A DNA stretch of 63,995 nucleotides, counting the filler, from Porpidia crustulata (taxonomy: Eukaryota): assembly GCA_964255105.1 (NCBI GenBank). It is 5 parts of 5 records of this genome, joined end to end, with 100 filler letters (N's around TTAATTAATTAA, not from the genome) between each part and the next. Parts side by side here need not be neighbours in the genome. Positions count along the whole stretch, not along the records: positions 51,973 to 63,995 come from CAXUWE010000577.1; 4 more parts are not named here. The stretch is one strand, 5' to 3'. Below, piece after piece: positions 51,973 to 63,995 of the stretch (the first letter of the stretch is position 1; each line of letters opens with the position of its first letter). A program made the position numbers and the translations under genes. The notes beneath the pieces are model-generated. The model was not told the DNA's origin, made no database searches, and saw only the letters and a program-made list of their open reading frames with translations.

Positions 51973-52850
51973 TAAAGTGGGGTGTGCACGGGACCGGAAC
52001 GTGCACGGGCCCGGGAATACTCCTAGGCCACAAGTGATCCTGTGACAGGTAAACTACCTACACAAAATTCTTACAAATAACCCATTATCTCTTCTCTACC
52101 TGCGATTTTCCAGTGACCTTCTCAATCTCCCATCCAGACTACATCGAGCAGCTCCGAGCTTTTCTTCCTCGAGCAACTTCGAGTTGTCCTATGCCAGGAA
52201 GGTGCTTCTAAAACCCTACCTACACCCATGCAATCTTTCAGAATCATAGCTGCCACGTGCCGTGAAGCTGTTGGGACAACAGATTTGAACCTTTTGAAAT
52301 TCTTTGTCTCTATTCCCTTCCCCATTGAAGAGGTCCACTTTAAGACCTTTGGAGGATGCGATGTAGTGACGGATATGTGTTGTGGAGGTTGATGAGGCCG
52401 TTGACGGGGGATGAAGGTTTGAATTCGGATGGAGAAGTATGGGTCTGCTGGGAGGGGGATTGCGGTCTCAAAGGGAATGATCATTCGTTTGAGCTGATAT
52501 GAAGCTTGCCACAGCTATTGCTAAGTATACCGCCAGTTGAGATTGGTATCTCTGAGGGGTTGATAATACATTTCTTTTACAACGATCACAGCTCGCAAAA
52601 GATACATGTTGTACCCACACATGTTCTCGCGCCCAGTATTACCAAACCCCCACGAATCCCGATTCATTTTAGCTGGTAAGGAAGCCTGTGGTATCCCGTT
52701 GACCGTCCCCAGCGTGTAATCGTGAGCCCCAAAAGTGCCATCGCTAAGCCAGATGTTGCCAAAACGCCTCTGGCACCTAATATTTCCCTCGTGTGCTTCA
52801 CCACAGAATAGCCTCACCCATAAAGAACCCGAGGCTGAAGGATGTTCATA

Positions 52851-54086
52851 TCACGACTTGATTGCCACCTCCTGCCCAACGTTCAATGCCACTACGCTTG
52901 TACCGCATCTCCCACTACCCTCGCTCAACATCTCTTTGACCTCCCCAATGGTATATTTCCTCGTCATCACCTTCTTGACCGCTAGCCCTGAGTTCTCCTT
53001 ATCCTCATCGTGGGCCTTGATCCAATACTTAGCCATCAGGTTCCTCGAGATCTCGACTCCGCCCGGTAATCCAGCGCTGACGTTACCGCCCATCCACCAG
53101 GGGTTCTGCACGCGGTCAAATGAGTGGATAAGAGCGGTGAGGGGGAGGGCGGCGTAGGAGACGAGGTGGGAGGAGGCATAGGTACGGATGAGGGAATAGT
53201 TGACACCGTGGGGGGAATAGATGATGGAAAGGGTCTTTTCTTGGATTGGGCGAGTGATGCTCCTCGAGGTGGTGGGGCGGGTTGGATTGGAGCCGATGGA
53301 GCTGGCGGAGCTGATTGAGAGGGCGCTGGAGGCGTGAGAGAAGGTAGAATTCGACTGTGGGGTTGAGGCGACAGATATAGTATTATTCGTTGAGATGGTT
53401 GTAGTTCGCAAAAGAGGGGAATCGGGAGGTGTTACTGGAAAGGCCTGCTGTTCAAGGCACTGATAAAGGTGCGCAGCCGATTTGGAGTGGCGCACACCAG
53501 ATGGCTTGAAAATTGTCTGCTGATGTTGAGACGACGGTGGGCGGTAAGTAATGCCGATTGCGTTGTGCAGGCCCGAAACGTCGAGTTTTGCCGGTATGAG
53601 GGCTATGGTAGCCTCACCTGCTATTGCTCCAGGGGTCGCGCCTGGTATTCGAAACTTGATTATCGTGTTCGGTTTCTTGTCGGAAAATATGGGCAGTGCG
53701 TGCACCCTCGAGGGGTCGAAATGCTTCATCGCTCGAATTCTCTTAGCTGCGGCTGGCTCTGCAAGAATAGTAGTGAGCCTTGATGAGGGGTCCAATTGTC
53801 GAAGAGTCGGCTCATGGCAATGATCTGGCTTGTCTTGCGATACAATCACAATGTTAGGCTCAGGTATGTGAGAGAGGTTCGTGATACATGATGGGACGGT
53901 GTGTTTCGAGAGCAGCCATTTCGGATGCCACATCGAGGAGGGACCGGAGAGCCATGGGTCGACAAGGATGGAGAAGGTTCCCGGAGCTTGGTAGATACCG
54001 GGGGGAGAAGGTGGACGATCTTCGGTAGGTGAAAAGGTGATGAGGAAGGTGGTGTCACCGTTGAGTTGTCGAATTCCAACTGACAT
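52851..54086 (-). CDS. Metallo-beta-lactamase-fold (Lactamase_B_3-like) protein, 411 aa
   Basis: LNGDTTFL, ILVDPWLSG, VSQDKPDHCHEPTL, YSPHG, LIHSF..GG..GLPGG, WIKAHDE. Confidence 0.85.
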   Translation of the reverse strand: MSVGIRQLNGDTTFLITFSPTEDRPPSPPGIYQAPGTFSILVDPWLSGPSSMWHPKWLLSKHTVPSCITNLSHIPEPNIVIVSQDKPDHCHEPTLRQLDPSSRLTTILAEPAAAKRIRAMKHFDPSRVHALPIFSDKKPNTIIKFRIPGATPGAIAGEATIALIPAKLDVSGLHNAIGITYRPPSSQHQQTIFKPSGVRHSKSAAHLYQCLEQQAFPVTPPDSPLLRTTTISTNNTISVASTPQSNSTFSHASSALSISSASSIGSNPTRPTTSRSITRPIQEKTLSIIYSPHGVNYSLIRTYASSHLVSYAALPLTALIHSFDRVQNPWWMGGNVSAGLPGGVEISRNLMAKYWIKAHDEDKENSGLAVKKVMTRKYTIGEVKEMLSEGSGRCGTSVVALNVGQEVAIKS

Positions 54087-55247
54087 GTTGTGGGTGGAGA
54101 TGTTTGAATCGTGCTTCGAAACTATTCGAATGGATTGTAGATTCAGCGACCTGGATACATAGCCGTCACCGAGTCGTACAATGTCGAGGAGTTGATTGTG
54201 AAAGCATTCTCGTGCTCAAGGATATAAGGTGAAGCTGGCTGACAGATGGGATGAGTGAGTGAAAGTGGTAGAAGCAGAAGCAGAAGCAGAAGTGCTAATG
54301 GCGGGTGAGGGTTTGCGACGGAATTCGCGGGATCCACGGGCATAATAAGGTAGTCAAACGATTGCCCGGAGTGGATCTTCCATTTCAACCTCATCCAATG
54401 GGAGATGCTCATCGAGGACGATCTAGCCTTGGCGTTCGTTTATAATTTCTCTGGCTGGCTGAAGAAATGGAGCTGGAACCGGCTAGTGTAAACAGTACCG
54501 AAGCCATCCAACCGGAAAACTTTGACCTAATAGGAAACCCCTGGATACTGGATAGGAATTGTGCTGTTCATGTGTAGATATTAATCATAACATCGGGATC
54601 AAAGCGTGACATATATAGATAAATAATAGGGAAGGAAGATTAAGGAATTGAAACTAGGACGCAGTCGCTCATTCGGTTAAATATCCAAATGTGGCTCTTA
54701 CCGAGTCAACTAATGCGTGCAATTGCTGGGCAAGGAGAGTATCACGAGAATCTGATGTATTGCAATTATCTATGTTTGCCATACTAAGCAAGCTGAAAGA
54801 ACGCACATCTTTGACTTTCGTAGTCAATCACAATCCCTCACTTCCATCCCACAGCCCCCATGGCGGCGCCTGCAACTCGAAGTATCTGTCCACGCTATAT
54901 TGACGTCTTTTGAACCAGCATCTTAACTCAATAATTGACTGTCATTTCCATCTCTAATTCACGATACGGCTTTGAACCCTAGCAATATTCCTTGGGCTGA
55001 AAAGTAACTCGATTATAACGAATAACCAGTGGGGACCGAGCATGTTGGAATGCACAGGAACTGACATTGCAGGTTCTCCAGTGCCACAGCTCATCGCAGC
55101 CTATATAGCGCAGCCCTCTCTCCTGATACTGCCATCGTTGATATAGTCTACCCTGGAATGAGCAGTATGCGAACACTAATACTTGTGGAGGAAGACCGTG
55201 TCATGTCCGAGGCGCAAACACTCGAGACCGCCGCTGGCCATCAAAGC

Positions 55248-56099
55248 TTATTTTGCTGAATCCATTCTTTGCAGCTCGCGACTTTTGAGATCGAGATACC
55301 TTTGGAATTCCACCTCCATAGTGCCGGATTTGATCTCATACTTTTCACTTGACGGGCTGAACTCCACGGAATCAACGTCTTCATGGAATGCGAGCCAGCA
55401 CGACATAAGAAAACCGTTGACCTCCCAAGCAAGAAGACAGTCATAACACGTTGGCGAGTCCACATAAGCATCGTTCTCAGAGAATTGCCTATCAAGTTCG
55501 GACTCGTGACTCTCCAGCCATCTCAGATAGAATGGAAACAAGGTTGGATATCTATATTCCATTTCGTCAAGTTCAACGACTGGATCATCCGTGGGATTTC
55601 CAGGCCAGAAAACGTCATACCAAAGGTATGAAGTTTGCCAATCAGGAAAGATTCGGTAGCGGTATTTCCTCTCGGATTATTGGGCGTTTGACGGAGTTGA
55701 GATTGGTTCATTTGATCGTTTTTCTCGAATAATGGGCGAGTTATACGTCTCATCATTCTGCTCGTGTAATGTTGACCGCCTTGATGTTGGACGACAGGAT
55801 ATGTTGAGGACGCGACTTGCGTCCTTATTCAGCTCAACCTGGATGTTGTACTTCGTTCTTATAAAGATCCCTGTTTCCTGATCCGATTCGTTTCCACCAC
55901 TCCTAGCAATACCACCTGATGAAGTGAATGGAGGACCGATCGGTGTCTTAACCCTCCAATTGGGATTAACCGCAGCATTTGATATTTGGTCGAAGTCCTT
56001 TCTTTTTTCCCCCGTCGCAGAAACATTCGTTCGACCAGAAGGTGGCGAAAAATCCAACACGACATGCTCGTGCGAATTAAAAGCTTGCAGTGCCTCCAT
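55248..56099 (-). pseudogene. Putative immunity/antidote-like gene with one in-frame TAA
   Basis: ORFs 55677-56099 and 55248-55562 are the same frame. Reading past TAA 55679-55677 gives YRIFPDWQTSYLWYD..LDEM..L..FYLRWLESHE..AWEVNGFLMSCWL, resembling bacterial 'IxLxxDYxxxPLW' immunity proteins. Confidence 0.55.
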
Positions 56100-56662
56100 T
56101 GCTAGACTTCTAGAGGTCAGTAAATTGAGACGTGAAAGAAGGTCCGTAAGGGTAATGTGGAAGAAATCAGACGTCGTGAACGTACGAGGTGGGGTTGGAG
56201 AAAATCAATTAGAAGTGGCCGCAGTCTCGGTAAGATTCAACAAGAGTTTACCCTATTATATATTAAATTAAACGGTTCACATTGAGCTTAAATCTCGACC
56301 TAACAAATATTTAATCTCAAAAAAACATCTGAAAAATAGCTGAGTCGAATGGCTCTATTGAGAATTGCAGTGAAAAATGAAGATTTCGTTTCCATATCTC
56401 TCCTCAATTAGATTCCGATCATTAAAACGATACCACGTCAACTCCGCCTGCATAGATACCTAATGGCGTGATAGCCAAGTCTATTGGGCACCCTTTGACA
56501 GCCCTTCAAGGAATTCTGGTCCTAGCATTTAGGCATAGGTGCTGCCTACTTTCTTCGTCGTAGACGGATTCAATTACTTATCATTCTATTTCTCAAAAAT
56601 CCTCTAGATAGGAAAGTCTAGATTTCCACCTTTGTCTCTCAGATCATCAACATCAATCTCTC

Positions 56663-57163
56663 ATGGATTCAGCAAGTTCTCTACTCAAGTCTGGATCAAG
56701 ACTTTCTTCCTCGGATCGCTCAATCGGTGAAGATTTTAAGCGGGAAATTGAGGCAACTGCATTGTCCGATGAAGCAAAACGCCTTATGTACCAAATGATA
56801 GCAGATTCAGTAAAATAGTCTATTCCCGATGTGTTGTCGATATGGGAGATTGCAAAAGACCGCGTCAAATTATTCCCGAATCTGAGATCCCAGATTATTT
56901 GGTTGGAGACTGGCAATAACACGGCAGGATATCAGCACATGCTTAAACATGCGGAGGAGTTTGAGCAACTTGGGATACAGGAGACGGAGTTGGAAGAAGT
57001 TGCAAGGTCCGCCACAACGATGGGAGACTTTGCTGGTTCACAAGGTGGGAACAGTAGGGGTCGTACCGGGCGTCCTGTGCTTCTTTTGGTCTATAAAGAT
57101 ACCCCATTGGCAGTTGCCATATCAATCGGAAGCAATGGCTTTATCGTTGGTATGAATCGATAG
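56663..57163 (+). pseudogene. Bacterial polymorphic-toxin-like domain (predicted nuclease) with one in-frame TAG
   Basis: ATG 56663, TAG 56816-56818, same frame as ORF 56831-57163: MIADSVK*SIPDV..IIWLETGNNTAGYQHMLKHAEEF..GI..G..GSQG..GRPV..Y..VAISIGSNGFIVGMN. Confidence 0.68.
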
Positions 57164-58483
57164 AGTTTCGATAAATACCTCAAATAGGGACCTCCTTTCA
57201 ACAAAGTTGGGCGTCATTAAAGCAGCGGTGCCGATACAGTGGTTCCCGGGAGTGCCAGTTTCCGTGGTTGGGTCCTGCGTCTGCATAGACCTGAAGTGTC
57301 TGGTTCGAGCTATTACGGCTGCTCTTTCGACTATCATATAAATCAGCAAGCGACTGATTCCCAAACAGGGGAGCCATTCGGAGAATGGATATACAGCGAC
57401 CACATTGAGGGCCATGAGGGATACCATTGTTATCGGTGGGATCGTGAGCGCAAGTCGTACGTATGTTCGCCATGAATAGCTTATTTGAAGTCTTGAGTTT
57501 GATGGACCGGAAGAAGCAGTGGCTGTAGGTGATAGGGTTAGAGGCAGTAACACAAGGCATGAAAGGTGTATGAGAGTGTGAGCATCCAGTAGCTCTCACT
57601 CGGGGATCTCGGGTATAATATATCTTGTCTGCTCGCTATCTAAGTCAGTCAGCCACTGTATAGTCTGTATTTCAAACAAGGTCAACTCGTTTATGCTGTC
57701 CGCAGCAGACTGAGGGTCAGTCAATGCAGTGTGTTGAGTACTTCATCCTGTTCACTGATGACGATTTCCCGGCAAAACATGAAGATAATGGTAGACACTT
57801 ACATCATAGCCACGAGAGCCTCAGCTGATTGTTCGTGCCCCGATTTCCATGTTGTGTCAGCCAGACCACGTCTTACTCAACCCTCCATGAAGGGTAAGAT
57901 AAATGTCTCAATGCCCAGTCATCCGATATGTCGATGCAGTTAGGACATCTTGTAAAGACCATAATATCTTCTCACATGGCATGAAGTGGAAAATGGCCGG
58001 AGATTGTACGGTCAAAGGCACGGACCATTGGAATTTTCACCTTTTCAAGACTACCGCAGATCCTTGGCATCATGGCATATTGTTTGTTTTCTGGCCAAAT
58101 AAGGATCTCCTCTCGTCCCCGGGTCCAACCTCGTCTAATCTGGATCCCTGAGGGGGTAAGAGTGGTAAGGAAGGTAAGAAGATTAATTGTAAAGGAGCGA
58201 TAATAATAAAGTGTCTCTTTCATCATCGCCGCTTTTCTATATAGAGATCCCGCTAAACGAAAAAGAGACACGTAATGGTTTCTAACCCGTGTCGCGCACA
58301 CAGCGGCGCTCACCCTAAGTACCCGGTGGAGGTTGAGGTAGGGCCAGCCTAAAGTTTACCTACGGGTGACCCTTGCTAGTGCCAGATTCGCTATTGACAT
58401 GGTGCATCATCTTGCAGCTGTATCAAACATTGTTTCGCTGACAACTCATTTTCACCAAAACATCTTACAGTCTCGAAGTTGGC

Positions 58484-59699
58484 ATGTCAAGCGGATTACA
58501 CACCGCCGAGGCCAGTTCGGATTTGAGCTTCCGCCCCAATAAACGACGGAAATTCTATCGCCAACGAGCGCCTACTGACGACGACGGCGACGCCTCTGCT
58601 CCGGCGCCCATCGAGCCAGCAGCCTCCACCGAGCTACCCTCGGTGGATGAGCTGATTGGTCAGAGCCATGAAACTGTCACCGCCGAAGTCCTCTCTGGAG
58701 AAGAATCTAAGGTCTCTGTCGCCGAGATCTTACGCCAACGCAAGACTGCTCGACGAAGGCAAGGCGGTATCGACTTTAGTACGACTAATAATGCCAAGCC
58801 TGCCATACTTCCAGCTAGCGATGCAATTGTCCTCAAGGAGGATCCGGTCGAGCAGCTGAAGGCAGTCGTTGACCGCTTCGCGCCACAGACGGGAACAGGT
58901 CAAGTTGCGGACGTGGACAAGCACATGTAGTCCCCTCCTTTCCTCCGACTTATATACCTACGGAACAGTCTCAGATGCAGCGACTAACGGATCAAGGATG
59001 GCGTACATAGATTCCGAATTAGCTAAACGTCGTCAAGCTCAACCCACATCGACATCCAATCCTGATGGCATCGGTGAGCTCTCGGAAAATGGGGCTCTAA
59101 TCGATGCAGGACTGCACCGACAGCCTGCCGCGCTCGGGAAGCTGCATGAAATTGATTTGGGGCCGGACGCCACATTAAAAAACATAGCGAGGACCGAGGA
59201 AGCGAAGAGACGGCTGGCGGGTGGGATATCGGAAGAGGAGGTGGATGGCAAGCCAAAGTTGCGAAGGGATGGCAAACCCTTTCGTCGTCGTCGCCGCCGG
59301 AATAGTGAAGACGTCAGACGTGACAAACTCGTGGAAGAAATCATGAAGGAAAGCCGACGTATGTCTTGCCTCAATCTACCTCCCCTGAAGCCTACCATCT
59401 ATTTGGGGAACTCATTCTCATTGCCTAATACAGTCGAAATTTACGACGACCCTCCCCCCATTACCGACGACAACGATCAAGCCGCCGACGATCACATCGC
59501 CGAGCAATTCCGGCGTGACTTTATGGATGCCATCTCCTCGCGCCGGCAGCGGACGAGCCAAGCCGCGAAGAAGGCGAGTGCCGGCGGTAAAGGGGTAGCA
59601 GTCGAGGTGAAGCCGAGAGGACCAAAACTGGGCGGAAGTCGAAGTGCGAGGGCGGCAATGAGGGAGAAAGAGATGGCAGAGAAGGGGAAGAAGAAATAG
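58484..59699 (+). CDS. TLS1: TLS1/C9orf78 (Hep_59) splicing-associated protein, 3 exons
   Basis: FRPNKRRKFYR, RQGGIDF, RFAPQTG..DVDKHM/MAYIDSEL, LGKLHEIDLG, RRNSED.RRDKLVEEIMKES, GPKLGGSRSARAAM. Confidence 0.85.
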
Positions 59700-61231
59700 G
59701 CGATCGGTTAGTAGTCAATAAATGTTTTCTTAGAGTGAGTGTGGCAGCGGCTACGAACAGAATCATGTCCTGTTCCATCTCAGCTGCTTGAAAATACTGT
59801 TCAATTTAAATATATTGTAAGCTTCAACAACGCTCGTTCGCCGCGTCACCACCCATTACACCGACAAAGATTCGTCACGGCAGAACACCTGCACTCCCTA
59901 CTATGCCTCAAGCTGGTCTTTAGTTTCCGTGCAGCATTGAAGAGAATGGCGTTGTTTGCACGAATACTAAAAAGCAGCACAACCGACTTTTCGCTTTCCT
60001 GATCGCGGCTAAAAACGAGACCGCTCCAAAACAGGTGGGAGGTGGCCGCCTTGGCGCCTGCATCTTCGTTGAGCCTGGATTGGAGATGTTGCCTTTGCCA
60101 CATTGCCGTGCTCCAACATTTCTGGTACGGAACAGCGATGTGGCGGCATCTGTGCCGGATTAGTACACGATCGCCATACCTGTTTTTGAAAATTGCGGTG
60201 GCGGCTGGCTATGGGAACTCGCGCCCTGACGCATCCTCAGGAAAATGAATATTCACGTCTTTGGACAGGAAAATATCTTGAACATTTGCCACTCATATTC
60301 TGCCTGACGCAACGAGTAACCAATCTTTACCATGTGCGTGTTGGATATATGGCCTTAGTATCAGGATGAGAAGATACGTAAGCTAAAGATAGCAGGTTAC
60401 AGCTTCTTTGTCTTATTTCAGACGTGTCAGCATGGAGAAAGTGCACTCTTTCTTGACTCGGTATAAGTCCATAACTCTCAAGGAAATCCGAAGCTACTGA
60501 TGTACAATACGTGAAGATCATATTCGGTGTCGAGAAGCTTGACGGCCTCGTTTTATCTCTGGCTCCAGCTCGCTTTGTCAAGTCAACGCAATCAGCTCAA
60601 TTATTCTGAATACGGGACACGACTTGAAGATATTCCGACTATCTGAACTGGGGCAATTATGGGCTGAGACTTTGGGGTCATTAATGCAGCTAATTAGGTG
60701 TCAGCAGATCTGTGAGCTCCGGGATTACATTGATTTCCGGAGCCCGGAGCGCTGAGTTGAAAACTTTACTGGAAAGTTCAGGCGAAGTCGGAGGTCACAG
60801 AGTGTCAAAGATGATCAGGCTATCGTCGAAGTACACCAAGGGCAATGAAGGTATGCCATTAAAATCAAGCCTTGGCCAAAGACTAATTTAATTTTCCTAT
60901 CTGTCGACTTGCCTCGGGTCTTTACTAAGATCAATAGCTGGCCAATCACGTTGCATCACAGAGACACGCGTCTATCGCGGTAGTCTGCAATTTAATGCCC
61001 TATCAGACAGCATCCTGTAGCTTAACGGCTGCATCTGGGCACATCGTTAAGTTATCACAGAAGATAGTGTGACTCTACCCTCGCAGCTTTCAACTTAAAA
61101 CGCTAGGTTTAAGGACTGCCAACTTCTACTTACGCAAGACCCGGAGCTTCAAATTACATATTGAGGAAAGTTATCATATATTATACATCTACCGCCTTAC
61201 CAAGAGCCATTTCTTACCTTCATCCCAAACA

Positions 61232-62245
61232 ATGAATTCATTGATCTGTCGCAATCCATTCCGGCGGCAGAAACGGCCTACGAAGCCAATTGCCAAGTAT
61301 GATGAAGATCTTGATGCTATATTCGCACTGATCAAATCTCGCCCTCGGGCCCTGACTCTGCCACTTCCGCAAGATCACACCGTCGGGCCTGGGGATACTC
61401 AGATGACCCTAGACCAGTCTTCATCTCCATTCTTTGCTCAGCTGCCGATGGAAATTCGCATGTTGATATATGCAGAAGTATTTGGCGGCAGGCGGCTTCA
61501 CCTCATTGTACACCCCAAAGACGGTAGGCTGGCGCACGTACACTGCCTCCTATCCCACATCCGAGCTTCGGAGCACATATGTGACCCGCTCAGTTGGAGA
61601 CGGAGGAGCTTCTACTGGGACCCTATAGAACCCATGAATCCAGGTACTTGTCCGTATTTAGATCTCCCACGTTGCGGGGGCTTATTGGGCCTGCTGAAAA
61701 CATGCCGACGAGTGTAAGACTCTTCTCCTGGAAGCACTCGTATCACTCAATCGAGCGTATTTTCTTGAACATTTCTTTTCTTAACCATTTCTATACTGAT
61801 GAGAATAAATACCCAAAGATACTCCGAAGCCATCAACATGCTATACTCACACACCGATTTCTATATCGGAGGATTGGAAGACACCACTCGACTTGCTCGA
61901 TCGATTCCGGCGCAACGTCTGGATGCAATCTACTCGATCCATCTAAATGTATGGTATCAGCCCTTTCAATATGGGAGCGTCAGTGAGTCTGGTCCCACAT
62001 GGGAAGCATGCTGCCGCACAATTGCAGGAATGCGAGGTCTGCGGGAGTTGCGTGTTCACATCAATTTCGCCCTGCCCGTCAACGTGTCTTGTCCGTCGTT
62101 GTCGCAGATTCTCCATCCGTTGAGGGCTGTCACAGGTGCAAGGATCTTTGAGGTCTATGTGCCCGGGTCCGGTGAAGAGAAAGCGAGGGCTTTCCTGGAT
62201 GCGCCATTTGTCTTTAAGAGCGCCCCGTCGGGTACATATGATTAA
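61232..62245 (+). CDS. DUF7730/F-box-like fungal protein, 2 exons
   Basis: QSSSPFFAQLPMEIRMLIYAEVFGG..LH, LLGLLKTCRRV/YSEAINMLYS, W..CC..IAGMRGLRELRV. Confidence 0.78.
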
Positions 62246-62873
62246 GTACAGTGTGTCACAGATGCAGTGCGCTGATGCTCGTGTGGTATATGGTAGCGGT
62301 TCCGGGAGCCGTGGACGATCAATTCCAGACTATCGCGTGCTTCATGTGACTACTTGGTTGGTGCCGACTAGAGATTCAAATCACTGCCACTATGACTTAG
62401 CAGTGAAAGAGTATTCCCTTTCTCTTACATCTTCGCATTTGCCCCTGAATTATTATGGATTGTGTACCTTGGGTACAACGCTTTACTACAGGCTTTGTGA
62501 TAAATCAGTAATAAACATCATCGGGGCTCCTGCGGCCTTTTCACTTTTGAGAATTCAAGTAGTATCGTGGTAGGACCCTTCTTCCGCGAGGGAACGAGCA
62601 CTACTGTACCTGTTGTCGACTGGCTACTGAAAAGAGTAGCTGGCAACCCTCGAAAACACACTGCATTGGAGACCTCTGCATCAATGTTTCCGCCGGGTAA
62701 AAGCGACATGACGTTTGAAGATGCTCAAAGACCATTGACTCGGGAGCAATGTGACTTTTATACATGATGTACACCTAATACTTGTCTGCGTAATGACGCA
62801 TTTGGTGAGAGAACTAGGAGCGGCGCAACCCTGATCAGGGAGAGCGGCCTACCATCTACACGCCATTCAAATG

Positions 62874-63709
62874 TCACCTCGCCCTCCTCACCAAACCTTC
62901 GAGCGCCTCCCTACCATCTTTGACCGTCTCGTCCGACCACCTTCGCGTCGCCTCAGCGCGAACTTGCGCCTGCTTCCATCCCTCCAGCACCGCTCCCCTG
63001 ATCCGCATATGATTCTCCGCCACAACCGGTACCCTCTCCTCAAACGTCCAAGCCAGATCTCCCACATTCCGCATCGTAATGGGCAGCACCACCCACGCGG
63101 CCCCCAGCCCCACCGCAATCGGTACCGTCGCGCGTAATAGTATATTTCTGTTCCGCGATACGATCGAGCCGGCCATCGCGGCGACGAGAACGTAGAGCGC
63201 ACCGGGCATGAGCCGTTCCTGGGATTCGAGGGGCGGGGCTAGGGAGGCGATGGTTTGGGTGAAGGAGCGTTCATGGGCGAGGAAGGCGGACATGAAGCTG
63301 TTGAGGCGGTCTTCGGCGGCGGTCGTATGCGCGTGGACGAAGAGACGGGCGTGGCGTACCTGACTCGCTAGACGGTTGGTTGTGGTTGGATTTGAGGCGG
63401 AGGTGGAGCTGGGTGCTGGTGATGGCTTGGGCGGCTGGCGGAGGAGGGCGAGATCATCGTAAATAGGTTTGCGGGCGAACTAGATGGGCAATTAGATCAG
63501 TTGAATTTCCCAATGAGGAGGTGAGGGGCTTGCTTGTTGTTCTGAGGGTGCGTCGGCGAAAAGTGTGGTTCGGGGGATCAGGAGGGAGCCAGCTGCGAGA
63601 GCGGTAACGACGGTCGGAAGCGCGGCAGGCTGGATTTGTGTCAGTCAATTGCATCGGTGTGATGTAGATGAGTGCGACCTACACGCCGAACAAGAGGTCT
63701 GAATGCCAT
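62874..63709 (-). CDS. MIC26: MICOS complex subunit Mic26/Mic27 (apolipoprotein O family), multi-exon
   Basis: MAFRPLV start; RKPIYDD, RLASQVRHARLF, ERSFTQTIASLAP, LMPGALYVLVAAMAGSIVSRNRNILLR, LPITMRNVGDL. Confidence 0.88.
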
Positions 63710-63995
63710 TGGAGATTTCTACCGCATTGCTGGTGAACAAAGAGGAATTGCCGGAAGCTGTGATGTCGGTTGCGGATCCGGCTAGCAGGGATGGACGGAA
63801 GAAAGTTCGGTGCTAGAGCCGCTGCTGCATTTCACATCCATCCCATACTTCCGATCCCACGGCAAACAAAGGACATACGGAATATACGTTGCTACAATCA
63901 ATATCACAACGTCCAGCGTCTGATACATCCACACTTAATCGCCCACAAATTTTCAAACCCGTCTACCTCGCCCTCCCACCACTCCTCCTTCCACC

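Noticed and set aside
51973..52015. GTGCACGGG direct repeat at a contig start
   Set aside because: Possibly a transposon end, but no partner terminus is visible.
54270..54292. (AGAAGC)n repeat
   Set aside because: Simple microsatellite in a 5' region.
57903..58151. 82-aa ORF near the toxin-like gene
   Set aside because: No motif or signal peptide; no basis for including it in the system.

Overview
Eukaryotic DNA from a filamentous ascomycete (Pezizomycotina; short GT-AG introns with CTRAY-type branch points, typical fungal gene families). The window is not one locus. Four 100-nt spacers (N44-TTAATTAATTAA-N44) join five contigs. The three complete ones measure 12,893, 12,869 and 12,866 bp, which indicates size-sorted concatenation, so adjacency across spacers means nothing. 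Contig 1: annexin, tafazzin, secreted SGNH/FG-GAP esterase, divergent phosphoketolase/acetate kinase pair, P450 relic. Contig 2: DUF3176 membrane protein, secreted SGNH hydrolase, MITE with telomere-like repeats, ML-domain protein, Clr5-domain protein. Contig 3: foldback element, fructosamine-kinase-like gene, MITE, F-box pseudogene, a head-to-head gasdermin-like gene + CHAT (caspase-like) protease/STAND NTPase gene, partial SDR. Contig 4: FAD monooxygenase, Zn2Cys6 regulator, secreted START-like protein. Contig 5: metallo-beta-lactamase-fold protein, a head-to-head pair resembling a bacterial polymorphic toxin domain and its immunity protein (each with an in-frame stop), TLS1/HCA59, DUF7730-like gene, MICOS subunit. 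The two strongest leads are the gasdermin/CHAT-NLR cell-death module (32077-37007) and the bacterial-type toxin/immunity pair (55248-57163). All family calls are from motif recognition; no database search was run.
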